Shown here piece by piece: positions 9,803-22,324 of a DNA stretch of 64,000 nt. Under the pieces are notes generated by a model. It was not told where the DNA came from, searched no databases, and worked only from the letters and a program-made list of their open reading frames with translations. Made by a program: the position numbers and the translations under genes. Position 1 is the first letter of the stretch, and the number at the start of each line of letters is the position of its first letter. This DNA is from an uncultured delta proteobacterium (GTDB lineage: Bacteria > Desulfobacterota > Binatia > UBA9968): the NCBI GenBank assembly GCA_963804165.1, contig CAWDPO010000035.1:96001-160000 (forward strand), in the 5' to 3' direction.

Positions 9803-11011
9803 CTAGGGCTCGTTTTTGATCCTGAATTTATCCGCGCGCAACGTCTGATAAATGCGCTGGATATGTTCCGCGCCGGTGGTTTCGAGGATCAGTTCGACCT
9901 CGGTCTCGCCGATAGCCATCTCGCCGAAACCGCGGCTTTGACTGATCTGCAAGATGTTGGCGCCCAGATCGGCGATCCGCTGCGTGAGCCGCGCCAGGCT
10001 GCCGGGGCGGTCCGAGATGACGATGGCGAGTTTCCCCAGGCGGCCGTCCTGGATCAGGCCCGATTCGATGATGCGCGAGATCAAATTCATATCGATGTTG
10101 CCGCCCGAGATGATCATGCCGACGTTTTTGCCGGCGAGCGAAACTTTCTTGTTGAGCAAGGCCGCGAGCGGCGCGGCCGCGGCGCCCTCGGCCACGGTCT
10201 TTTCGACTTCGAGCAGCGTCAGCACGGCATTGGCGATTTCTCCTTCGCTCACCGTAACGATTTCATCGACATAATCTTTCACCAGCTCGAACGGCGTCGC
10301 GCCGACGGCACGCACGGCGATGCCGTCGGCGATCGTCGTTGCGGCAGGGATCTGCGTCGGCGCGCCTTGCTGCAGCGCGACTTTCATCGACGGCACCGCC
10401 TCGGCTTGCACACCGATGACGCGGACTCTGGGAATGAGCGTTTTGACGGTGAGCGCGAGGCCGGCGATCAAGCCGCCGCCGCCCACCGGCACGATCACGG
10501 CGTCCAAATCGGGATTCTGTTCATAGAGCTCGACACCGATCGTCCCCTGGCCGGCAACGATCCACGGATCATCGAACGCGGAAATGAAAGTCAATTTGCG
10601 CTCGTCGCTCATGCGCAAGGCTTCTGCCAGAGCCGAGTCGTAATCGCTGCCGCAGAGTACGCTTTCGGCGCCGTACTGGCGCACGCGCGTGACCTTGACG
10701 AGTGGCGCGGAGGTCGGCATGACGATCGTTGCAGCGATGTTCAAGCGCCGGCTGTGATAGGCCACGGCCATGCCGTGATTGCCCGCGCTGGCGGCGATCA
10801 CGCCGCGCCGGACTTCTTGCGGCGTCAACGTCAGCAACCGGTTGAGCGCGCCGCGCTCTTTGAACGAGCCGGTCAATTGCAAATTTTCCAGCTTGAAAAA
10901 TACCCGATTGCCGGTCATCCCGCTGATCGTCTCCGAGCGCGGGAAAGGGGAAAGATAGATTTGGTCCCTGATGCGCTCGCGCGCCTCTTCGATGTCGACG
11001 AAACCGATCAT
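9803..11011 (-). CDS. ilvA: Threonine ammonia-lyase with C-terminal ACT domain
   Basis: [39 protein letters not shown] and ACT-like DRPGSLA. Confidence 0.9.
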   Translation of the reverse strand: MIGFVDIEEARERIRDQIYLSPFPRSETISGMTGNRVFFKLENLQLTGSFKERGALNRLLTLTPQEVRRGVIAASAGNHGMAVAYHSRRLNIAATIVMPTSAPLVKVTRVRQYGAESVLCGSDYDSALAEALRMSDERKLTFISAFDDPWIVAGQGTIGVELYEQNPDLDAVIVPVGGGGLIAGLALTVKTLIPRVRVIGVQAEAVPSMKVALQQGAPTQIPAATTIADGIAVRAVGATPFELVKDYVDEIVTVSEGEIANAVLTLLEVEKTVAEGAAAAPLAALLNKKVSLAGKNVGMIISGGNIDMNLISRIIESGLIQDGRLGKLAIVISDRPGSLARLTQRIADLGANILQISQSRGFGEMAIGETEVELILETTGAEHIQRIYQTLRADKFRIKNEP

Positions 11012-11263
11012 ATCTCTCTCACGTTAGAATGAAACGAGCGGAGGGCGCAAGGTCGTTGGCGGCATCCGCCACTTTTCCTGGGTCCTGGACACCTCGCAAT
11101 GAAAAAATGTTCTTTCAAAGCAGGCGAACCGCAAATCACTGCGTAAGCGCGGCTAGAGTGTGTGAAGCGTTGGCCGTGGGCGGTCAACCACTGCGAATCA
11201 AAGTAAGTTCCCCGGAGCGGTTATGAAGTAGCGCTGGATCAAACTTTCTCGACTCGGCCGGAT

Positions 11264-12916
11264 CTATTTGGACTTCTGGAAAAAGGCGTCTTCTCGATGA
11301 ACGTAGCCATCGATGGTCCTTTGTCCCAAAGTGCGCACTCGGTAGTAGTCCCCCGTCCTGCCCGAAACGTTCACGTGGCTGCCGGGTCGAAGGGTGGCGA
11401 TGATATCCGCATTGGAAGTTGGTTTTCCGCGAACGAAGGAAGCCGCGACTACGTTAAAATCGCCGGTGTCCGGCGACGTTTCTTTATTGTCGACGCGCGG
11501 AACGATATTTTCCGATTGTCCGTCATTTCCCAAGTTTGGTCCGGCGACGATTTTTTGCAACGTTAGATTGGTTGCAACGGTATGGATAGCCCCGTTGGTT
11601 CCGAGAGGCGTTTTCACGACCTTGCGATCCGCAACGGGGATCAATGCAGCGGCAGCCGGTGCAGATTTCTTAGCTCCATTGTTCTTGTCCACGGCTTTGG
11701 CGGACAGCGGTGCCGGTAGCTTTGTTTGCTGACTTGCCCCGGAAGTTTTTTCTTCAAGAACGGCCGTCGCTAGCTTGGTGTATTTGATTTCTTCACGGCT
11801 ACTCTCAACGAGGGTTTTATTATTGTGCGGCAAGTCGACCACGACAGGGATCCCTTTTTGTGAATAGACCATCGCGCCGACAACGGTCAGCATGACGACA
11901 GTCAGCAAGGCGCCGGTTGCCCACCGCTGGTCGTTACGGAACGCGCGCGCAGGACCGCTCATCGTCGCAGCAAAATCGCCGGAATCCGTCAGGTCAGACT
12001 CCTCGGTCATTGTGAGATCGTTTTTCAATGGCAGTGCCGTTGGAAACCCTGCGATTTCATGCTCCGGTTTCACTGGTGGCTGTGCCGAAACATCCTTTTC
12101 CGCTCGGGCTCCGTCAACGAGTAAGTCGTCGGTAACTTCTTCAATCATGGTCGGGCCGACCTTGAATTCAGACATCGCATAGGCGATCAACAAAGCATTA
12201 TCGCAGATCATGTTGATGAGGCGGGGGATGCCCTTCGAAGACACGGCAATCTTTTTGACTGCGTCCGGGTCGAACAGATCCGCGCATCTATGGCCAATGG
12301 TCTGTAGTCTCGAATCGATGTAAGCGCCCACCTCATCTGCCGCAATCGGATGGAGCCGGCAGCGCAGCGCCACACGTTGCTTGAGTTGACGAAGACTCGC
12401 TTGATCCAGTTTGCCTTCGAGCTCGGGTTGCCCGATGAAGACAATCTGCAGAAGCTTGTCCTTGTCGGTTTCGAGATTACCGAGGAGCCTCAACTCTTCC
12501 AGAACCTCAGGGCTCAGATCTTGCGCCTCGTCGATCAGCAGCGCGACGATATTTCCGGCGCTCAGCTGTTCGATCAGATATTGATTGAGCTGGCCGATCA
12601 TCGCCGCCTTGTTTTCCGTGGAAACCGGCAAACCCAGATCTTGCAAAATGAGACGGAGCAACTCGGTGAAACTGAGCAGGGTGTTACAGACGTAAGCCAC
12701 CTTGATGTTGGATTCGAAACTGCGCATGGCTTTTCTGAGCAGAGTGGTTTTCCCGGTTCCGGTTTCACCGGCAACCACGATGAAGCCTTTGCGCGCTTCG
12801 ATGCCATAACACAAAGTCGCCAGGGCTTCGCGATAGACTGCGTTGGAGTAGTAAAACTGCGGGTCCGGAGTTACGCCAAACGGCGCTTCGCGGAAATTGA
12901 AATGAGCGTTATACAT
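11264..12916 (-). CDS. ExeA/GspA-like AAA ATPase with TM segment and C-terminal SH3-like domain
   Basis: PFGVTPDP, Walker A GETGTGKT, IDEAQ, GQPEL, GIPRLIN; TM helix; VRGKPTSNADIIATLRPG...GYVH. Confidence 0.88.
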   Translation of the reverse strand: MYNAHFNFREAPFGVTPDPQFYYSNAVYREALATLCYGIEARKGFIVVAGETGTGKTTLLRKAMRSFESNIKVAYVCNTLLSFTELLRLILQDLGLPVSTENKAAMIGQLNQYLIEQLSAGNIVALLIDEAQDLSPEVLEELRLLGNLETDKDKLLQIVFIGQPELEGKLDQASLRQLKQRVALRCRLHPIAADEVGAYIDSRLQTIGHRCADLFDPDAVKKIAVSSKGIPRLINMICDNALLIAYAMSEFKVGPTMIEEVTDDLLVDGARAEKDVSAQPPVKPEHEIAGFPTALPLKNDLTMTEESDLTDSGDFAATMSGPARAFRNDQRWATGALLTVVMLTVVGAMVYSQKGIPVVVDLPHNNKTLVESSREEIKYTKLATAVLEEKTSGASQQTKLPAPLSAKAVDKNNGAKKSAPAAAALIPVADRKVVKTPLGTNGAIHTVATNLTLQKIVAGPNLGNDGQSENIVPRVDNKETSPDTGDFNVVAASFVRGKPTSNADIIATLRPGSHVNVSGRTGDYYRVRTLGQRTIDGYVHREDAFFQKSK

Positions 12917-13470
12917 AGTGCCTCACATACTCAGAAAATTTCTCTGTTAGAAACGAGGAGCGACTTCTTCGAAATTTTCGTTTCGCCTTGCTCGTCGGTT
13001 ACCGCTGATCAACGAATTCACTTTCTCAATGCCTTTCCGTTCCGCTGGCTTGATCGATCCAAGACCTGACGGTTACTACAGGACTATCTTTTTTCACAGA
13101 GAAACAGCGTTTTCAATAGTAAAAACCCCGCGGGGTCCCCAGAGCAGTCTCAGAAATGCCCGAATATCCTCAATTATTCCCTCAACATAGACTTTTTTTT
13201 TGGCGATGGGTGTCGACCTCCACTCTTGGTGCAAATTTTGGTGAGCCCAACGATGTCAAATCGGCTTGACGAATTTCATAAACGTGTCATGCGATGCAAG
13301 CTCAAGCTACAAGGGCATGCATAAGTGACGTTCGGTGTTCGGTATCACACATCAGGTAGGTTTTCTTTGCTTTCGATTTGCTCTGGTTGACTTGTAGACG
13401 AAGGCTGTGGCAAGCAACTGAGAGTGTTGCAGCGCGCCATGCTGTCACGTCTCCCAAAACCGGACCTCCG

Positions 13471-14598
13471 ATGAAAAGTCAATCAAAGACCGGCGCAGCG
13501 GACATCTCCCGTTATCGGCAGAATTATATCGTCGAGATGGACGGTATCGCCTTGTATCGTGCCATGGCCGCGGCCGAGCAGGACCATCAACGGGCGGCGA
13601 TCTTTGAAAAACTGGCGCAGAACGAAGAAAGGCACGCGCAGCGATGGGCGAAGCTGATTCAATCGGGCGGCGGCGCTGTGCCGGCGCACAAGCCCTCGGC
13701 TCGGGTGCGGATGCTCGGTTGGACGGCCCGGCGGTTCGGCACGCATAGGGTCGTGCCGATCATCAGCAGCATGGAAGCACGCGACGAAGCCGGATATATG
13801 CGCCAGCCCGAGGCGGAAGGTTTGCCTGCGGAAGAACGGGCGCATAGCCGAACGCTGCTGGCGATGGAGGGGAAAACATCGGGGCAGGAATCGATTGCCG
13901 GCACCGAACGGTGGCATGTTTCGGCGTATGGCGGCGGCCTGCGCGCGGCGGTATTCGGCGTCAACGATGGACTCCTTTCCAATTTCAGCCTCGTTATGGG
14001 ATTCGCCGGCGCGGAGGCGAAGCCGGAATACATTATTCTCGCCGGTGTCGCCGGCCTGCTTGCCGGCTCTTTCTCCATGGCCGCCGGTGAATATGTTTCC
14101 GTCAGCGCCCAGCGCGAAGTCTTCGAACAACAGATCGCCATCGAAAAAGAAGAGTTGGAAATGTCACCCAAGGAAGAAGAGGAAGAGCTCTCGCTCATCT
14201 ACCAAGCCAAGGGGATCCCGGAACACGAAGCATCGCGCCTCGCACAGCGCATCATTCAAAATCCGATAACCGCGATCGACACGTTGGCGCGCGAAGAGCT
14301 CGGGCTCGATCCGGCTGCGCTTGGAGCGCCTTGGACCGCCGCGATGAGTTCTTTCTGCGCGTTCGTCGTCGGCGCTTTCGTTCCGGTGGCTCCTTATCTT
14401 TTGACCGGGGGAACCAAAGCGTGGATCATCAGCGCGTCGCTCAGTTTTTGCGCTCTATTCGCTGTCGGTGCCGTGCTTTCGATCTTCACCGCGCGCGGCC
14501 CGCTGCTCAGCGGCGCGCGCATGCTCGGCATCGGTTTACTGGTTTCCGCCATCACCTACAGCGTCGGCTGGCTGTTTGGCGTGTCGCTAGCAGGGTAG
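13471..14598 (+). CDS. Rubrerythrin/ferritin-like + VIT1/CCC1 iron exporter (MbfA-like)
   Basis: ExxH motifs (EERHA, ERAHS); LRAAVFGVNDGL and SMAAGEYVSV. Confidence 0.88.
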   Translation: MKSQSKTGAADISRYRQNYIVEMDGIALYRAMAAAEQDHQRAAIFEKLAQNEERHAQRWAKLIQSGGGAVPAHKPSARVRMLGWTARRFGTHRVVPIISSMEARDEAGYMRQPEAEGLPAEERAHSRTLLAMEGKTSGQESIAGTERWHVSAYGGGLRAAVFGVNDGLLSNFSLVMGFAGAEAKPEYIILAGVAGLLAGSFSMAAGEYVSVSAQREVFEQQIAIEKEELEMSPKEEEEELSLIYQAKGIPEHEASRLAQRIIQNPITAIDTLAREELGLDPAALGAPWTAAMSSFCAFVVGAFVPVAPYLLTGGTKAWIISASLSFCALFAVGAVLSIFTARGPLLSGARMLGIGLLVSAITYSVGWLFGVSLAG

Positions 14599-14801
14599 AA
14601 GGCGGCTGGTCATTCCCGACTTGTTTCAGCATCGCCCTTCGGGTTTTTTTCGTTTTCTATTCTTGCGAAACGTGAGAGGTTTCTTTCTCACCGGCGCGAA
14701 AGCCACACGGTTTTCCCCAGCAAATTTCGTTTGGCCTCGTAGGATGGCAGTTGCGCTATAGCCGGGTAGACGAAATCGAGTAGGTGAAAGTGAGGATTTG
14801 T

Positions 14802-15362
14802 ATGAAGACAGAAACTTTGACGATTGAAGAACCGCGGATCGCCAAATTGCTTTTCAGCGACCCACGCTTCGGCTGGCTGTGGCTGCCGCTGCGTTTGTAT
14901 CTCGGTTACATGTGGTTCGAAGGGGGATGGCATAAGTTCGTTGACCCCAAATGGATGGGGAGCGGCGAAGCGCTGCTGGAATACTGGAAGCGCGGTCTCA
15001 AGATGACGCCGAAACCGGCCATTGCATTCGATTGGTACCGCGGTTTTATCGAGTACATGGTTAATGCTGAAGCGCACACCTGGTTCTCCAAAATTATTAT
15101 TTTCGGAGAGCTCGCCATCGCCGCTGGTTTAATTCTCGGAGCGTTCGTCGGAGTCGCCGCCTTCTTCGGCGGATTTATGAACTGGAGCTTTATCATGGCC
15201 GGATCGGCTTCGACCAACGGTATGCTCTTCGCGATCGCGACGTGGTTGGTGCTTGCATGGCGCAACGCCGGCTGGATCGGACTCGATCGCTGGTTGCTGC
15301 CGATGGTGGGAACTCCCTGGAAGCCCGGCCGCCTGTTCGAAGACGCCGCACGAATACCGTGA
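14802..15362 (+). CDS. DoxX/DoxD family membrane protein
   Basis: LRLYLGYMWFEGGWHK, GELAIAAGLILG, AGSASTN, GWIGLD. Confidence 0.85.
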   Translation: MKTETLTIEEPRIAKLLFSDPRFGWLWLPLRLYLGYMWFEGGWHKFVDPKWMGSGEALLEYWKRGLKMTPKPAIAFDWYRGFIEYMVNAEAHTWFSKIIIFGELAIAAGLILGAFVGVAAFFGGFMNWSFIMAGSASTNGMLFAIATWLVLAWRNAGWIGLDRWLLPMVGTPWKPGRLFEDAARIP

Positions 15363-15388
15363 CGAGTTAGTAAAATCGTGACAGATTC

Positions 15389-15413
15389 GCGGGCGGGAGA
15401 AGTTCCCGCCCGC
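15389..15413. terminator. GC-rich hairpin after doxX, near the left edge of the island
   Basis: GCGGGCGGGA-gaagt-TCCCGCCCGC, 10-bp stem; no clear U-tract. Confidence 0.5.
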
Positions 15414-15621
15414 TCGCGTTCATCCCGCCATCTTTTGCTGAACCTGCGTCACGGTCGAGCTGCATGAACGAATGTCCACTAAGACAGCCTCATAGGTCAG
15501 TGATACTCTAGGCGTATCCAATTCGAAGACCACTTCCCTCGATCCCCTGGGACCTCATTGACGTGCCGGCTGCGAGACGCCGCGCGGGGGCTTGCTATTC
15601 TCGTGACTTCCTATTTACTCG

Positions 15622-15921
15622 ATGGTTAGAATGAGCCAACGGGTTCGCGAGTTCTACTTTGTCTTGCCGATCGACGAATATACGCTTTTGAAAGCGTACC
15701 TCCCCAGGCGCTCGATCGGGTATGAAGCGCTCGATCTCGCCGTTCCGGAGGGCGACGATAAACGCGCCTTTACTTGTAGCGAAAATGAACTGCAGGACGT
15801 TATCCAATCCGTCGGACAGCAGTTTCCACTCGGTAAGGTCCTGGCAAACTTGATCCGGCAACAATGGCAACCGAGATCTAAATCCCAGAAAAAGAAGCCG
15901 AAGAATCCGAAGAAGCGCTAA
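15622..15921 (+). CDS. Hypothetical protein
   Basis: 99-aa ORF with protein-like composition; no motif recognised. Confidence 0.5.
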   Translation: MVRMSQRVREFYFVLPIDEYTLLKAYLPRRSIGYEALDLAVPEGDDKRAFTCSENELQDVIQSVGQQFPLGKVLANLIRQQWQPRSKSQKKKPKNPKKR

Positions 15922-16031
15922 CTTCTATCCTCCGCGCCTGCTTGCACGTACAGTGCGTCGGGCGAGTGACGCAACGCGGGTAGGTGCGCCCGCCCAGGCG
16001 AGTTCCTGAGCCGCGAATACCGAGGAGAACA

Positions 16032-16256
16032 ATGGATGACGAAGAGATAGGGCGGGTTTGGGCCGAATATTACCCGAAGTCGGGGGACAACAGAGCTGCC
16101 CTTCAAATGTGCGAGATGATCTGTCGCCTGATACGAGAAAAGACCAAACTCGTTTTTGTTATCGGTAGGGCCGGTAGACTACAGCGTGTTCTGGATGCCT
16201 GCGGCATTCCCAAAGCCGACTTTGACGATGTCGAAAAGAGGTCGCTCAAGGTCTGA
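16032..16256 (+). CDS. Small hypothetical protein
   Basis: GAGGAG RBS before ATG; MDDEEIGRVWAEYY... Confidence 0.55.
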   Translation: MDDEEIGRVWAEYYPKSGDNRAALQMCEMICRLIREKTKLVFVIGRAGRLQRVLDACGIPKADFDDVEKRSLKV

Positions 16257-16485
16257 GTGAGCGCCGGTCTCAAGCGCCAGCCCGCGTAATAAACCGCAAA
16301 AGTTTTCATCAACCGCGCCCGTCCTGTTCGCCTTTCGCATCAAAATCCAAGATTGATAAGATTGATTTGCCAGACCACGCTGCTCACGGCTTCACCTGAG
16401 AGCTCGTCTCGTTCTTCCTTGTGTTCGCCCTGCTAAATCACGTAAGATCGCGGCAATTTACCCTTCACAAGAATATCATTAATCT

Positions 16486-18127
16486 ATGCAGTGGATCGCA
16501 CCGTCTGAGAAGGACACAGCTACCAACACACTTGAAAAGCGACTCTGGGAGGCGGCGGATCAGCTGCGCGCCAACTCTGGCCTGACGGCGGCGCAGTATT
16601 CGAGCCCCGTTCTCGGGCTGATCTTCCTTCGCTTTGCTGAAGCGCGGTTCGCCAAGCGCCGTCACGAGTTGGAGAAAGCGGGCTCGACCGGACGTCGGGG
16701 TTCATCTCGCATCGACGAGCCGAGCGCTTATCACGCGGAGGGTGTCATCTACCTGACGCCAAACGCGCGCTATGACCATTTACTCAGCCTGCCGGAAGGC
16801 GGAAATATCGGCCAGGCGATCAACGATGCGATGGCCGACATCGAAAAGCACAATCCGCATCTCGCGGGCGTGTTGCCGCGCACGTTTCAGATTTTTAACA
16901 GCACTTTACTTAAGGAACTGCTCAAGAAAGTTTCGGAGATTCCCGCGAGTCTCGAATACGACGCCTTCGGCAGGATCTACGAATACTTCCTCGGCGAGTT
17001 CGCGCGGACGGAAGGGCAGAAGGGCGGCGAGTTCTTCACGCCGAGCAGCATTGTCCGTTTGATCGTGCGAGATCATCGAACCCTACCACGGCCGCTTGCT
17101 TGATCTCGCTTGCGGCTCCGGCGGCATGTTCGTACAGAGCGCTCGCTTCGTGCAGGAGCACAAGAAAAATCCAGTCGTCCGAGCTCGCCATTCACGGTCA
17201 GGAGAAGGTCGGTGCCACCGTGGCTCTCTCGCGCATGAACCTCGCCGTCCACGGACTCGAAGGCGACATCCGCGAGGCAAACTCCTACTACGAAGACGAG
17301 CACGACAGCACCGGAAACTTCGACTTCGTCCTCGCCAATCCGCCATTCAACGTCAACGCGGTCGATAAGGATCGGCTCAAAGATGCGGTCGGCAAGAATC
17401 GCCGCTATCCATTCGGCCTGCCGCGCACCGACAACGGCAACTATCTCTGGATTCAGCTTTTCTATTCGGCGCTCAACAAAAAAGGCCGCGCCGGTTTCGT
17501 CATGGCCAACTCCGCCTCCGACGCCCGCGCCTCCGAGCAAGAGATGCGAAAACAGCTGATCGAAGCGCACGCCGTGGACGTGATGGTCGCCGTCGGTCCG
17601 AATGTTTTTTACACCGTCACACTGCCGTGCACGCTCTGGTTCCTGGACAAAGGCAAGCGAACGGCACGCCCCGCGCCGACAAAGTGCTCTTCATCGACGC
17701 CCGCCACATCTACCGTCAAATCGATAGAGCCCACCGCGACTGGACCGACGCACAAATCGGATTCCTCGCAAACATCGTCCGCTTATATCGCGGCGAAAAA
17801 CCCGACTTCACTCTCGGCGGCGAAGAAGCTAAAGCAAAGTTGATCGAAATCTTTTTCCTCGCCAGTCGAAATCGAAAATCGACAAACCAAAATACCGAGA
17901 TGTTCTCGGCCTGTGCCGAGTCGCCACGCTCAAAGAAATCGAAGCGCAAGGTTGGTCGCTCAACCCCGGCCGATACGTCGGCGTCGCCGCCGGCGAAGCG
18001 GTTAGCGACGAAGAATTCAAGGAACAACTCGAAGAGTTCAACGAAGAACTCGAAAATCTCAACGCCCAGGCGCGCGAACTTGAAGAAACCATCGCGCGGC
18101 AACGTAGCGGAGATTCTTGAAACGTGA
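16486..18127 (+). CDS. hsdM: Type I R-M methyltransferase subunit (several frameshifts)
   Basis: [33 protein letters not shown] (m6A motif IV), [11 protein letters not shown], spread over shifting frames. Confidence 0.9.
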
Positions 18128-18129
18128 CG

Positions 18130-19279
18130 ATGGACGACGAATGGCGAACAGCGAGACTTGGTGAGTTGCGTTGCTTCGAAGACTGGCAAGCTTCGACTCG
18201 AATGCCGCAGGTTCGCTCGATGGTGGACTATCCAGTTCTTCACCGAGATACGCACGGAGATTCATGCGGACAAATACGTTACGAGCTTCGATACCGAAGT
18301 GCGACGTTCTGTCTGTGAAACGAACGCCAACATGCATTTATCTCGACTGAAGTACTGTCCACGGGAAGTTCGACGCTTATCAGCGGACGTATCGATAGTC
18401 ACGACGCCGCGACCACAATCGGCTGATTAACTGATTGTCTCGATTTACGCACTTCGTCCTAAGCTCTCTGAATTCCGCAGATCGAGTACGCCGGTGACGG
18501 CTTACGCAAGCCCTGACGTTAACGATTCTCAACGAGAGAATCGAGCATTAGCATTCCGTTCCACCGCTTCCGGTCCAACGGCGAATCGCGGCATTCTGTC
18601 GGCCTACGACGAACTGATCGAAAACAACCAGCGGCGCATCAAGATTTTGGAAGAGATGGCCCGCTCGCTCTACCGCGAGTGGTTCGTCAACTTCCGCTTT
18701 CCCGGACACGAAAAGGTCCCGCTCGTCCGATTCTCCGCTCGGGCAAGATTCCGAGAGGGTGGGAGGTGAAGAAACTTGGTGACATCCTCGAGCTTCAATT
18801 ACGGCAGAGGCGCTCAAGAAGGAAGAACAGCCGTAACGGAGCGTTTCCGGTTTATCGGTTCGAGCGGATCGTCGGCACTCACGACGCATACTCGTGAAAG
18901 GTCCTGGAATTATTGTCGGGCGGAAGGGAAACGTCGGAAGTGTCTTTTGGTGCGATGAAGCCTTCTTCGTCATCGACACAGCGTATTTCGTGACTTCGTC
19001 CCTGCCACTCGGGATTCTTGATTTACATACTGCCGACGTTGAATTTCATTAACAGTGATGCGGCCGTTCCCGGATTGCCAGCAACCAGGCATACACCTTG
19101 GAAATCTTCGTTCCCCCGATAGGCTGCTGACCAGCTTTTGCGAATTAGCCGACGCCTTCGAACGACGGCATCGACCTCAAAGTCAAATTCAAAATCTCCT
19201 CCGGACGCGGGACCTATTGTTGCCGCGCCTGCTTTCTGGCGGAACCGGTATCGCGAGTCTCGTGCAGAGAGGAGACTAA
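18130..19279 (+). CDS. hsdS: Type I R-M specificity subunit (heavily frameshifted)
   Basis: [10 protein letters not shown] start; conserved [38 protein letters not shown]; C-terminal [13 protein letters not shown]. Confidence 0.85.
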
Positions 19280-19280
19280 A

Positions 19281-22232
19281 GTGCCAAGCCATTTTGGTGC
19301 GGCGCAACCTTTACGTATGGATCGGGGCGCCCGCTTCTACAAGTGCGACTTACAGGTTCATACACCAAGGGATTTTCGGAATGGGCTGGTCTGTTTTCCA
19401 CAGTTACCGTGGAAGTGGATCGAGGAGCGTACGCGAAAGCACTTATAGACTATTGTCGCAGAAGAGCCATTGGCGCTATCGCCATAACGGATCATAATGA
19501 CCTCTGCCTTTTCCCATTTGTCCGCGCTGCGGCTCAGGCTGAAAGAAAGCCTGACGGTACCGACTATGCCATTCATGAACAGTTGGTCGTCTTCCCGGGC
19601 CTCGAACTGACATTATCTACGCCACCTGTCAGGCTCTCCTCTTGTTCGATCCAGACTTATCCGACGGCGCCCTGAATCATATTTGGGGTGCGTTGGGAAT
19701 TACTCCTTATCCTTGCACTGAAGCGAAAATCCGAGAAGTGCAAAGGCTTGGCACGGATAAGGACCTTCAGCGTATTGTCGATGTGTTAAACAATCTTTGC
19801 GCGAATCCCGAAGAAACGGATCCGAGGCAGCGCGTCCTGTTTAGGAGACACTTTATTTTATTGCCACACGTTAGGAAGCACGGACATCAAACACTTATCC
19901 GACCCGGTCTTCACACCTCGTATGCGGAGATGCCTTGCGTGGGTGGGTATATTGAAGGGCGTTTTTACAGAGACCTGGACGACGGTAACCGGAAATTCTT
20001 GAAGGTAAACAACGAGAATGGGGATCAAAACGCATCGGGGTCTTTCAAACGTCAGACTGCCGCGAACACTCGCAGAACCCGCGGCAGGGGAAAATTCCGT
20101 TGAGTTCGTGAATCTTGGAAACTGGCCCACATGGATCAAATGGACAACTCCTTCGGCGGAGGCATTAAGGCAAGCATGTCTGGCGTCAGCTTCGCGAATC
20201 TCTCACGTTGAGCCGCAACTTCCATCTCATCAGATACTCAGCGTTCGCGTAAGCGACAGCAAGTTCCTCGGGCAAGCACATTTAGAGCTCAATCCTCAGT
20301 TCAATGCATTCATCGGTGGACGTGGCACTGGAAAATCGACTCTTCTCGAATATGTACGATGGGCTCTCTGCGACGACCCGCGTCCTTTTGACCTTGATCA
20401 GGATCAGCCGAAGAACTACCGGATTTTCAAAAGCGCAGGCGTTCCTTGATGAAAAAACACTGAAATTGCTCAACGCTACAATCACCGTAGAATTCCAAAA
20501 CTTTGGAGCTAGCTACCAAATTATTCGCTCGTCGTTAGAACCCCAAGAAAAAGTAAGAATAGTTTCTTCTGACGGCACAGTCACCGAAATGTTGGGTGAA
20601 CAAGTTCGGCGGGAATTCCCGATCGTTTCTTACGCTCAAAAGCAGCTTAGTTGTGTCGGTACACTACCGGATGAAATTCTACGTATAGTGACCGATCCCG
20701 TACGGTCGGAAGTGTCTAGGATTGACGAAGATATCCGGGACGTTGTCTTGCCCAGATTGAAAGAAGCGAGGCAACGCCAGTTACGTCTTGAGGAACTTAG
20801 GCTCCAGGAGCATGAGTCCGAACAACAAATAGTTTTGCTTAGAGAACAAATCCAGAGCTTACAGAGCCAGTTGGGCAGCTTGAGTGAGTCGCAAAAGCAG
20901 GTGGTCTCTGATCATACGATTCTGACGGACGAAAAACACTGGGTGGACGATGCGTTTACAAAGGTCTCGGACTTTAGAGGAGTTCTCGGTACGGCTCGCG
21001 GAAGCCTTGCGGCAATTCCAGAGTTGACAGTCCCGACAGACAAACCAAACGCCGATAAACTAACGATTGTTGCGACGGCGATCAATCGAGTTACAAAGTC
21101 CCAGCTGATAGAAGAATTAAAAAGGCTGGAAGACATGGTTTCCGGTGTGGCCCTATTGGACGACCGGACCCGGAATGCGATCCAAGACCTTCAACAACAC
21201 TACGCATCACATCAAACCGAGTATAACCAGTATGTAGAGATAGCAGCAAAAAGTGCAAAGCAACTAGACGACATACAAAATCTCAACCAAGAAATGGCGG
21301 TTTTGGGGGACAGAAACAATCGGCTTTGAGGTCCCAGACTCAGGGTCTTTCCAGTGCCGTCTCAAACGCTACCGAATCGCCATGGGACATTTGGATCCAG
21401 AAACATCGACAGCGAGCCGATTTGTTGCGTCAGCAATGCGGAAAACATCAGCACGTTAGCTCAACACGCTTTTAGAGCGACTCTCAAGCCGTGCGCGGAT
21501 CAGAAAGTTATGTTTGAATCGCTCGATCAAGTGGTTTCTCGCGGTCGGGACATTAGAAGGCGCGAGGAAAAAGTACGTAGCCTCTCGACAATTATTGGTG
21601 AAGCAGACGATCCAATAGTTAAGTGGGCGGAGGTAGTCGCTGAACATGAAAGTTTGGTGCGCTCGAAAGAAGGGACGTTTGCCGCCAACGCCACTTCTCG
21701 TCGAGGGCGGACTTTACAGACGCCAACCTGAGAGCGCTGCAAGGCGGATTGGAGCTTCAGAAAATGCTCGAAGAGGTCGAGATATGTCCCATTGCAAGAC
21801 AAAATTATGTTCGAGTTCGCTTTCGGGACGAGAGGCGGACGGGACTACTGAATTTATACCGTTTCACGAGGCCTCGCCTGGTCAACAAGCGACTGCTCTA
21901 ATGAGAACGCTTCTCTCGAAGGAAGGACCACCCCTTTTGATAGATCAGCCTGAAGAAGATCTAATAATGAGCAGATTAGAGCGATTGCGGACCGGATTTC
22001 CGAAACCAAACACAACAGACAACTAATTTTCGTAAGTCATAACGCCAATATCGTTGTGAACGGTGATGCGGAATTGGTCGTACATTTCGATTATGCCCCG
22101 TCGACCGCGACTCAGGGAGTAATTGAGCGAACGGGCTCCATCGATTATGAACCGATTAAAGAAATCATTACGTCGGTGATCGAAGGTGGGCGTGAGGCCT
22201 TCGAGTTACGTCGAGAGAAATACGGTTTCTAG
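19281..22232 (+). CDS. PHP phosphoesterase + ABC/SMC-like ATPase fusion (TrlF/Ppl-like), frameshifted
   Basis: GARFYKCDLQVHTP and AITDHN (PHP); GGRGTGKST Walker A; coiled coil; ASPGQQ signature; IDQPEED; VSHNANIVVNGDAE; ends EGGREAFELRREKYGF; AGGAG RBS. Confidence 0.85.
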
Positions 22233-22324
22233 TTTCGCATTATTGGCCAATCTTATCCGAAGGAGGTATTTGATTGGAATGCGCTCGGTTAACTTGAAGT
22301 AATTAGATTTTATTAAAATTCGCC

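Noticed and set aside
9788-11032. Long plus-strand ORF (414 aa) and similar antisense ORFs (184, 940, 4122, 12350, 24376, 26119, 32516, 44196, 51788)
   Set aside because: They are shadow frames opposite well-supported genes in GC-rich DNA and carry no motifs.
15414-16485. tRNA, att site or integrase at the island's left boundary
   Set aside because: I found no cloverleaf, T-loop motif, integrase or direct repeat matching the right boundary by eye.
22233-22324. darT toxin upstream of the macrodomain
   Set aside because: Only about 90 bp are available and no DarT-like sequence is recognisable.
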